From contig NC_009925.1 of assembly GCF_000018105.1 (NCBI RefSeq), forward strand, positions 480,001-512,000: 32,000 bases of DNA, written 5' to 3'. Position numbers and translations under genes: made by a program. Shown here one piece after another: positions 7,512 through 15,143 of this stretch; position 1 is the stretch's first letter, and each line of letters opens with the position of its first letter. The stretch comes from Acaryochloris marina MBIC11017. Its GTDB lineage: Bacteria; Cyanobacteriota; Cyanobacteriia; Thermosynechococcales; Thermosynechococcaceae. The notes beneath the pieces were generated by a model that worked only from the letters and a program-made list of their open reading frames with translations, ran no database searches and was not told the DNA's origin.

Positions 7512-8693
7512 ATGTCCGCCATGCTTAATCCGAATTTGGACCAGATTCAGCTCAATAAAGAAGAATATGAGCGGTTCTCTCGCCACCTCATTTTGCCGGA
7601 GGTGGGCCTAGAGGGACAAAAACGCTTAAAAGCCGCTAGCATCCTTTGTGTTGGTACCGGAGGCTTAGGGTCACCGTTATTACTCTATTTGGCCGCCGCT
7701 GGAGTTGGCCGTTTGGGCATTGTCGATGCCGATGTGGTCGATAGCTCTAACCTCCAACGCCAGGTGATTCACGGTACCTCTTGGGTGGGCAAGCCTAAGA
7801 TCGAATCCGCTAAAAATCGAATTCATGAGATCAACCCGCTCTGTCAGGTGGACCTGTATAACACCTGGCTCACCTCAGAGAACGCCCTAGAAATTGCTGA
7901 ACCTTATGACATTGTTATTGACGGTACGGACAATTTCCCGACTCGGTATCTGGTCAACGATGCCTGCGTCTTGTTAGATAAGCCCAATGTGTATGGGTCG
8001 ATCTACCGCTTTGAAGGCCAAGCCACTGTATTTAATTACGAGGGTGGTCCCAACTATCGGGATTTGTATCCAGAACCCCCACCTCCTGGACTGGTGCCCT
8101 CTTGTGCTGAAGGGGGTGTTCTAGGGATATTGCCAGGTATTATTGGTATTATTCAAGCCACCGAAGCGATTAAGATTATTTTGGGCCAGGGCACAACGTT
8201 AAGTGGCCGTTTACTGCTCTTTAACTCCCTTGACATGAAGTTTCGAGAGTTAAAGCTCAGACCCAACCCAGAGCGTCCTGTGATCGAAAAGCTGGTGGAT
8301 TACCAAGAGTTCTGTGGTATTCCTCAAGCCCAAGCAGCCGAAGCGGAGCAAAAAGCCAATATGGAAGAAATGACCGTTCAAGATCTCAAGCAACTGCTCG
8401 ATAGCGGTGCGGATGATTTTGTCCTCTTGGATGTGCGTAATCCCCATGAATATGAGATTGCCCGCATCCCTGGCTCAGTCTTGATCCCCTTGTCTGAGAT
8501 TGAGAGTGGCGAAGCCATTCCCAAAGTCAAAGAGCTGCTGAATGGCCACCGCCTGATTGCTCACTGCAAGATGGGGGGACGCTCGGCTAAGGCCCTGGGC
8601 TTCCTCCAAGAAGCAGGGATTTCAGGCACCAATGTGACCGGCGGAATCACGGCCTGGAGCCGTGAAATCGATTCTTCTGTACCTGAATACTAA
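7512..8693 (+). CDS. moeB: MoeB/ThiF-type adenylyltransferase with C-terminal rhodanese domain (MoeZ-like sulfur-carrier-activating E1)
   Basis: Nucleotide loop GTGGLGSP, RQV... motif, active-site region PSCAEGGVLG, and rhodanese loop HCKMGGRS. The start is ATG 7512, or ATG 7521 which has better AAGGA spacing. Confidence 0.9.
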   Translation: MSAMLNPNLDQIQLNKEEYERFSRHLILPEVGLEGQKRLKAASILCVGTGGLGSPLLLYLAAAGVGRLGIVDADVVDSSNLQRQVIHGTSWVGKPKIESAKNRIHEINPLCQVDLYNTWLTSENALEIAEPYDIVIDGTDNFPTRYLVNDACVLLDKPNVYGSIYRFEGQATVFNYEGGPNYRDLYPEPPPPGLVPSCAEGGVLGILPGIIGIIQATEAIKIILGQGTTLSGRLLLFNSLDMKFRELKLRPNPERPVIEKLVDYQEFCGIPQAQAAEAEQKANMEEMTVQDLKQLLDSGADDFVLLDVRNPHEYEIARIPGSVLIPLSEIESGEAIPKVKELLNGHRLIAHCKMGGRSAKALGFLQEAGISGTNVTGGITAWSREIDSSVPEY

Positions 8694-8695
8694 GC

Positions 8696-8731
8696 CCTGA
8701 ATTAATAGGTATAGATGAATTTAATTTCAGG
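8696..8731. terminator. AT-rich hairpin between convergent moeB and the response-regulator gene (possible bidirectional terminator)
   Basis: CCTGAATTAA (8696-8705) pairs with TTAATTTCAGG (8721-8731) with one bulge. There is no clear U-tract. Confidence 0.3.
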
Positions 8732-8755
8732 TGCGATATGCCCCAACCTATACTG

Positions 8756-9385
8756 CTAGCGCTGTTGTAGGTTGGTGGCTAGGATCGCAGCTTGAGTGCG
8801 ATCACGCACATTTAACCGTTTCAAAATACTATTGACGTGGTTTTTGACCGTCCGTTCAGAAATATACAGGGCCTCAGCAATTTCTCGATTGCTCTGGCCC
8901 TCTGCGATTAAAGCCAAAACTTCCGTCTCTCGGGGCGTCAGTTCGGCCAATTCGGGCGGTTCTTCCACCGTTGGCGTTGCCGTGATCATCTTCTCAAACA
9001 AACCAGGGCCAAAGTGAGTGTACCCTTTGTGAACCGCTCGAATGGCCTCTGCTAATTCATCAGAGGGGGTATCCTTGAGCAGATAGCCCTTGGCCCCTAA
9101 GCGCATAGCTTGAGAGACATAGTCCTCATCATCGAACGTGGTTAAGACCAATATATTGATTTGAGGAGCCTGCTGCCGGATGGCTTGGGTCGCAGCAACT
9201 CCATCCATCACCGGCATACGCATATCCATCAGGATAATATCGGGCTGGATTTCCAAAGCTTTCTCAAGGGCAACTTGACCGTTCTCTGCCTCACCCACGA
9301 CTTCTAAATCGGGTTTGGTGTTGAGCAGACTGGAGAGCCCTTCCCGCACAATCCCTTGATCATCTACCAACATCACTCGAATCAT
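8756..9385 (-). CDS. NarL/LuxR-family response regulator
   Basis: Receiver domain (VDDQ, DMRMPVMDG, KGYLLK) plus LuxR HTH (LTPRETEVLALIAEGQSNREIAEALYISERTVKNHV). ATG at 9383-9385 overlaps the kinase stop (TAATG). Confidence 0.9.
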   Translation of the reverse strand: MIRVMLVDDQGIVREGLSSLLNTKPDLEVVGEAENGQVALEKALEIQPDIILMDMRMPVMDGVAATQAIRQQAPQINILVLTTFDDEDYVSQAMRLGAKGYLLKDTPSDELAEAIRAVHKGYTHFGPGLFEKMITATPTVEEPPELAELTPRETEVLALIAEGQSNREIAEALYISERTVKNHVNSILKRLNVRDRTQAAILATNLQQR

Positions 9386-10653
9386 TATTCTTCTCCTAAT
9401 CGAGGAATCTTGATCTGAATATGGCAGCCTGTTTGAGGTTGGCTCCAGAGTTCGAATAGGCCGCCCAAGGCTACTGTCCGTTCCTGCATCCCTTGGAGAC
9501 CAAAGCCTGTTGTATTTTTCTCTGGCAGAAACCCTTTGCCATTGTCAGAAATGTTGAGGGACAGTTCCATTTCTTGCTCCGTCAACTCAATCGTAACTTG
9601 GGTCGCTTCGCTGTGTTTTGAAACATTAGTGAGGGCTTCTTGCACTAAACGATAGAGGGCTGCAGCCATTTCTCGAGGGACTGGCATCTCAAGGTGGGTA
9701 GAGAATTGGACCTGAATCGATGTGGTTCGTTCAAACTCTTGGGTTAGGTGGGATAGCGCTTGGGACAAGGATTGACCTTGTAGGGGGTTATTCCGCAAGG
9801 TGGCAACGGTATGGCGGACATTTTGAAGAGCCTCTTTCCCCAAAGATCGCGCTTTCGCCAGGTGATCTGTGGCTTTGGCCCGATCAGAGGCCATCCATAC
9901 ATCCACATTCTCCAGCTGAATACTTTGAGCCGTGAGGGAATGGCCAACGGAATCATGCATTTCCCGGGCAATTCGGTTCCGCTCCTGTAGAGTGGCTTGA
10001 TTTTCGATCATTAGGGCATATTGCCGCAGGCGTTGGTTCGCAGCTGCTAATTCTGTCCGACTCTGACGCTCAGTCAAAAGCGCCCCTACCATCAGGAAGA
10101 CAAAGACCAAGACTAACCCAAATAAAAGTGCACTTCTGATCTGCAAGCTCGCCAGTAATTCTTGGGGCAGTCCTCTGCTCCGCCAAGGCGGTGGAGGCCC
10201 TAACCTGGGAAATGGACGCATCCGCTGGGCCCCCGTCATTAAGCGGACAAGAAAAGAGCCATAGGCAACAGAGGCTGCTATCAATCGCTGCCGACAAGGA
10301 AACAGTAAGCAGGCTCGAATCACCACAATTAAGAGCATCGGGGTGAAGAAGTCTCGAAACCGCCCTCCCATAAACACTGTTGCCCAACAGAGCAGAAAGC
10401 CCAAACAGGTATACAGCACTTTCACCTTTTGAGATTGATGGATGGGGAGTTTAAGGCCTAAACCCGCTAATGCCAGAATACTCAGGAAGATGCCCAAGGG
10501 AAACCTTAACGCTCCCCTTGGCGTAAAGTGGGGCAGGAGAAAATGGTGGCGAGGAAAAGGTACAAACAACGTTAATAGAGCAACTCCCAACAAAATCCAT
10601 TCCAAATACAGCAGTAAGTGAAATGGATGGTTGGAACGAAACAACCGAGACAT
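9385..10653 (-). CDS. Sensor histidine kinase (HisKA_3 / NarX-DesK type) with multi-TM N-terminal sensor
   Basis: H-box MHDSVGHSLTA and ATPase region (DNGKGF, GFGLQGMQERT). The N-terminal ~190 aa consist of hydrophobic segments. Confidence 0.85.
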   Translation of the reverse strand: MSRLFRSNHPFHLLLYLEWILLGVALLTLFVPFPRHHFLLPHFTPRGALRFPLGIFLSILALAGLGLKLPIHQSQKVKVLYTCLGFLLCWATVFMGGRFRDFFTPMLLIVVIRACLLFPCRQRLIAASVAYGSFLVRLMTGAQRMRPFPRLGPPPPWRSRGLPQELLASLQIRSALLFGLVLVFVFLMVGALLTERQSRTELAAANQRLRQYALMIENQATLQERNRIAREMHDSVGHSLTAQSIQLENVDVWMASDRAKATDHLAKARSLGKEALQNVRHTVATLRNNPLQGQSLSQALSHLTQEFERTTSIQVQFSTHLEMPVPREMAAALYRLVQEALTNVSKHSEATQVTIELTEQEMELSLNISDNGKGFLPEKNTTGFGLQGMQERTVALGGLFELWSQPQTGCHIQIKIPRLGEE

Positions 10654-11327
10654 ATAGGCTCCCAGTCCAGGAATGGATTTACCAGGCCGCTAGGGCTCTG
10701 ATGTTCTCCCACTATAGGCGACGGTTTCTAGGTTGGTTTGTCTCCCAGCGCTTCTTGGGCTTAAGCTACATCCTTTGTCTCCCAGAATACAAGTTGATAG
10801 AGCAAGGGGGACTATATCTGTTAGAAAAGAGATCTTAACGGTCAATGTGAATGTGTTCTTGGCCTCATATAAAAAAATTCGATATGGGGTGTAAAACATC
10901 TATGGAATTTCTAAAAAATAGTTAACCTTTACCCCCTGCACACTTTGAAGTATGAGGAAAACATTTAATTCTACAGTTATCTGTTCGATTGATAATGATC
11001 ACTTCTGAACTGTTGGCAACCCGTCAATATCCTTTCCTTTCTCGATAGTGATCAACCTCGAATCCTCTTGACTGTTCAATTTTTTTTCATAAAGGACTAT
11101 ACTGATGCAAAGGTTAGTGATTGTTGTGAATTCAATAATTAATTAATATTTTTTGGTCTATAAAAATATTAGTTCTTCTCAAGATCTATTCAGGTTCTAT
11201 CAAAGAAAATTTTCGCAGTAATTGAATCAGTTGATCGTATTGCTGTAATGTCCTCTCGCAGAGTGAGGGGTCTATCAGTAACCAAGGTAATTCGTTCATC
11301 TTTTGGCGACTTTGACGATTGATCATC

Positions 11328-11963
11328 ATGGCTCCTTCCTCTGTTCACCGCCAAATTCAGATTGTGTTGAAGTGGGTGATTGATCGCACCGTTGCTTTGT
11401 TGGCGCTAATCCTGCTTACTCCGGTCTTGGGGATGATTGCGATCGCAATCTGTATCAAGATGGGTTGGCCCCCCTGGTTTACCCAACCTCGCCCTGGTAA
11501 AAATGGTCAAATTTTTACCTTCTATAAATTCCGGACCATGACTAATCAGCTGGATGGCAATGGCCAGCTACTGCCGGATGAACAGCGATTGACGCCCTTT
11601 GGCCAGTTTATCCGTAAAACCAGTTTGGACGAGCTGCCTCAATTATGGAATGTTCTGCTGGGTCATATGAGTCTTGTGGGGCCTCGCCCCTTAATTGTCG
11701 AGTATCTTGATCGCTATACTCCAGAACAAAATCGCCGCCATGAAGTATTACCGGGGATTACAGGGCTAGCCCAAATTAATGGCCGCAACGCCATTAGTTG
11801 GGAATCTAAATTTGAAATGGATGTTTGGTACATCGACCACTGGTCTCTATGGCTTGACTGTAAAATCTTGGCCCTGACTGTGTGGAAAGTTTTGAAGCGA
11901 GATGGCATTAACCAAGAGGGCTTTGCGACCTCAGAAGAGTTTATGGGGACCCTAGATCCATGA
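11328..11963 (+). CDS. Small monotopic phosphoglycosyl transferase (bacterial sugar transferase family, PglC/EpsL-like)
   Basis: Motifs KWVIDRTVALLALILLTPV (re-entrant helix), FTQPRPGKNGQIFTFYKFRTM, SLDELPQLWNVLLGHMSLVGPRP and PGITGLAQINGR. The ORF-track start 11319 is a TTG; the ATG is at 11328. The stop overlaps the next start (ATGA, 11960-11963). Confidence 0.9.
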   Translation: MAPSSVHRQIQIVLKWVIDRTVALLALILLTPVLGMIAIAICIKMGWPPWFTQPRPGKNGQIFTFYKFRTMTNQLDGNGQLLPDEQRLTPFGQFIRKTSLDELPQLWNVLLGHMSLVGPRPLIVEYLDRYTPEQNRRHEVLPGITGLAQINGRNAISWESKFEMDVWYIDHWSLWLDCKILALTVWKVLKRDGINQEGFATSEEFMGTLDP

Positions 11964-12880
11964 GGCCTCAAGCCCTATCCACCATGCAATGGGAGCCTCT
12001 GGAGCAATCCTTAAGTGCCCAGCAACGAGCTCTGCTACCCACGGACCAAGATATTGCTTTCTATCGTCAGCATGGCTGGTTTGTTACTCCACCTGTTATC
12101 TCGGATGACATTATAGAGCAAGCTATTGCGGGAGCAGAACGCTACTATCAGGGGGAGCGAGATGCGGTTCTTCCCGTCAACGAAGGTTTCAGTGATTGGC
12201 AGCCCAGGGATGGTTTGGACCTGGTGCGCAATAACGAGTTTGTATCTCTACAAAGTCAAGCCCTGAGACAACTGGCACTCCAGCCGGTGGTGGGAGCAAT
12301 TGCTGCAAAATTAGCAGGTACTCAACAAATCCGACTTCTGGATGATCAACTGGTTTACAAGCCCCCTCAAGATCACACTGCCCAAACGAGCGTCGGTTGG
12401 CATGCGGATCGGGCCTACTGGGCCAACTGCACCTCAGATCAGTTGCTGACTGCTTGGATCCCTTTTCATGATTGTGATATTGATATGGGGCCGTTAGTTG
12501 TTATTGATGGTAGTCATCAATGGTCAGGCTTAGAGCATTTGCGAGGATTTCATCGGACAGACCTAACTCAGCTATCGGCGCAACTCCAACAGATGGGGAT
12601 CGACCATTCGATCAAAGAAATTCCTCTCGCCCTACGGAAAGGCCAAGTCAGCTTCCATAACTGTTGGACCATCCATGGCAGCTACCCAAACCGTAGTCAA
12701 CGAACCCGACTTGCGATCGCAGTACATCTTCAAGATGCAGCCAACCACTATCGCCCCTACCAGAATGACCAAGGTCAAGCCATTCATATGTTTGACGAAC
12801 AGTTGTGTAGAACCCTCCCCAACGGCGATCCAGACTTTAGTGACCCGAGTGTTTTTCCAAAACTATGGTCAGAACCTTAA
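11960..12880 (+). CDS. PhyH-family Fe(II)/2-oxoglutarate-dependent dioxygenase
   Basis: H-x-D in VGWHADRAYW, a distal His in WTIHGSYPNRS, and a PhyH-like N-terminal region (FYRQHGWFV). It is translationally coupled on both sides. Confidence 0.7.
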   Translation: MRPQALSTMQWEPLEQSLSAQQRALLPTDQDIAFYRQHGWFVTPPVISDDIIEQAIAGAERYYQGERDAVLPVNEGFSDWQPRDGLDLVRNNEFVSLQSQALRQLALQPVVGAIAAKLAGTQQIRLLDDQLVYKPPQDHTAQTSVGWHADRAYWANCTSDQLLTAWIPFHDCDIDMGPLVVIDGSHQWSGLEHLRGFHRTDLTQLSAQLQQMGIDHSIKEIPLALRKGQVSFHNCWTIHGSYPNRSQRTRLAIAVHLQDAANHYRPYQNDQGQAIHMFDEQLCRTLPNGDPDFSDPSVFPKLWSEP

Positions 12881-12886
12881 ACAGTA

Positions 12887-13978
12887 ATGAAAAGCAAAGT
12901 ATTGGATTGGCGCGATCCCTTATGGTCAGACCTGCTGACTCACCTGTCTCACGACATTTACCACTTACCTGAATATCTGTATTGTGAGGCCCTGAGAACC
13001 CAAAGCATTCCAGAAGCAATCCTAATTACAGAGGGGCAAAAAGTCTGCCTAATTCCCTATCTACGACGGTCTTGCAATTTCATTCCAACAGCATCGTCCC
13101 CTACTAATATCTATGACATCACATCACCCAATGGGTATTCAGGATTTTTACTCAATCCAGCAGCCCTAGACGATTCAGCATTTGGCTTCCATGCTTGGCA
13201 GCAATTTCTTGACTTAGGAAAAGAACAGGGAATTTGCTCAGCGTTTCTTCGTCTTCACCCTAGTCTTAATACCATTCATCCCCAAGGGATAAATAATATC
13301 CTCGTCAAAAAAGTGGGGCATACGGTCTCCATTAACTTAGGGCTTTCAGAATCAGACCTCTGGAGTCATACCCATAAAAGCCAGCGAAACAAAATTAACC
13401 GAGGGAAACGACTGGGGTTAGTGGCAAAGATCAAGCCATTTTCTGAATACATCAATGAATTCTGCAACATCTATGAAGCTACGATGCAGCGGGTTGAAGC
13501 TGAGACCAGCTTTTTTTCATTTAATCGAGATTACTTTTACCTACTCCAAAAGCATCTTGGTCATAAACTATTCGTTTGTATTGTTGAATACCAAGATGAA
13601 ATTATTTCTGCTGGACTCTATTCGGAATGTTCGGGTATTGTCCAAGGACTATTAGGAGGGACAACCCCTGAAGGGCTAAAACTTTCTCCCACAAGCCTAG
13701 AGTTTTATCAAACGAGTCTATGGGCAAAGCAGCGGGGGAATACAATCCTTCATTTAGGCGGTGGAGTCGGTTGTTCTGAAGATGGTCTTTATCAATACAA
13801 AGCAAACTTTTCGAAGCAAAGGCATGAGTTTTATACCGCATCTATCATTATTAAGCCGCTACAATATAAACTGCTCCTTGAATCCCATTCAAAAGCGCAT
13901 AACATTGATCTTGACCATTTAAACTCTATTCAGTTTTTCCCAGCTTACCGATATAGACCCAATCCCAGTGAGTTTTAG
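12887..13978 (+). CDS. FemABX-fold / GNAT (Acetyltransf_6-like) transferase, paralogue 1
   Basis: Block pattern resembles FemX-type enzymes: HKSQRNKINRGKR, YEATMQR, EYQDEIISAGLY, LWAKQRG...LHLGGGVG, GLYQYKANFS. The ATG is 6 nt after the preceding stop. Confidence 0.65.
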   Translation: MKSKVLDWRDPLWSDLLTHLSHDIYHLPEYLYCEALRTQSIPEAILITEGQKVCLIPYLRRSCNFIPTASSPTNIYDITSPNGYSGFLLNPAALDDSAFGFHAWQQFLDLGKEQGICSAFLRLHPSLNTIHPQGINNILVKKVGHTVSINLGLSESDLWSHTHKSQRNKINRGKRLGLVAKIKPFSEYINEFCNIYEATMQRVEAETSFFSFNRDYFYLLQKHLGHKLFVCIVEYQDEIISAGLYSECSGIVQGLLGGTTPEGLKLSPTSLEFYQTSLWAKQRGNTILHLGGGVGCSEDGLYQYKANFSKQRHEFYTASIIIKPLQYKLLLESHSKAHNIDLDHLNSIQFFPAYRYRPNPSEF

Positions 13979-14031
13979 AGATTAATCATTTTTTACCCAG
14001 TCTGAAAGATAAGTCATAGGTAAAATCGAAA

Positions 14032-15108
14032 ATGGATGTGCAGATACTTGCATTAGATGATCCTCGCTGGCTCCAAGTTCTTGATGGTATTCGACATGAT
14101 GTTTATCACTTGCCTACCTACGTTTCCATTGAATCCAAACGTTTAAAGGCTCCTGCAGAAGCGATTGTGGTTCAAGACAAAAACAAGATACTTTTTTTGC
14201 CTTACTTACTTCGGTCCTGTAAAGATGTTTGCTCTGACCATCTAAAAGATAAAGAGATACTCGATATTATTTCTCCCTATGGTTATTCAGGAATCGCCTT
14301 GAGTCCAGAAGCAATTGGAGACCCAATATTTATCCAATCATCACTCCAAGAGAGCATTAAAGCCTTCAAAGATAAAAACATTTGTTCAGCCTTCTTTCGG
14401 CTTCACCCGATTTTAAGCTCCCAGTATATCGAGCATCTTGATTCCCCTACGGCAACCCCAGACGGTGTAACCGTTTCAGTTGATTTATTGCAGCCAGAGT
14501 CAAAGATTTGGGCTCACACCAGAAAAGGGCATCAAAGTACTATTAACAAGTGCAAACGATTGGGACTGCAAGCCAGAATTGTTCCTTACGCTGAGAGTAT
14601 TGAGGTCTTTACGTCTATTTACACCGAGACGATGAACCGGGTTTCAGCCACTCAATCCTATTACTTTAATCAAGACTATTTTGAAAACCTGCTCAATTTA
14701 GGTGACAAGCTACACTGCTGTATCGTCGAAAATGCTGACCAAATTGTTGCCGCTAGCTTATTTTTTGAATGTTGTGGCATTGTTCAAGCCCACCTCGGTG
14801 GAACCCGTACGGCGTTTATGCCCCAGTCTCCTTTTAGCTTGCTGCTTCATCATATGCGCCTCTGGGCAAAGGAGCAGGGAAATGAATTTCTACACCTAGG
14901 TGGGGGGGTGGGCGGATCGCAAGAGGATCGGTTATTTAAATTTAAGTCGGGCTTTTCTAAGCAGCAGCATGATTTTTACACCCTCAGGTTGATCGTCAAT
15001 CCTGAAGTCTATGCTGAATTGCTTCAACATCGGGCGCAAGCTATAGATGTACCAGTTGAGCAATTACAGCAATCCACCTTTTTTCCGGCATATCGGACAG
15101 CCTCCTAA
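14032..15108 (+). CDS. FemABX-fold / GNAT (Acetyltransf_6-like) transferase, paralogue 2
   Basis: It shares blocks with 12887-13978: H D(I/V)YHLP, SP(N/Y)GYSG, ICSAF(L/F)RLHP, LHLGGGVG, F(K/S)FKSGFSKQQH, FFPAYR. Confidence 0.65.
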   Translation: MDVQILALDDPRWLQVLDGIRHDVYHLPTYVSIESKRLKAPAEAIVVQDKNKILFLPYLLRSCKDVCSDHLKDKEILDIISPYGYSGIALSPEAIGDPIFIQSSLQESIKAFKDKNICSAFFRLHPILSSQYIEHLDSPTATPDGVTVSVDLLQPESKIWAHTRKGHQSTINKCKRLGLQARIVPYAESIEVFTSIYTETMNRVSATQSYYFNQDYFENLLNLGDKLHCCIVENADQIVAASLFFECCGIVQAHLGGTRTAFMPQSPFSLLLHHMRLWAKEQGNEFLHLGGGVGGSQEDRLFKFKSGFSKQQHDFYTLRLIVNPEVYAELLQHRAQAIDVPVEQLQQSTFFPAYRTAS

Positions 15109-15143
15109 CTGTGGGAATCGCTCCCCAAGAAGAGGTGATGTTA

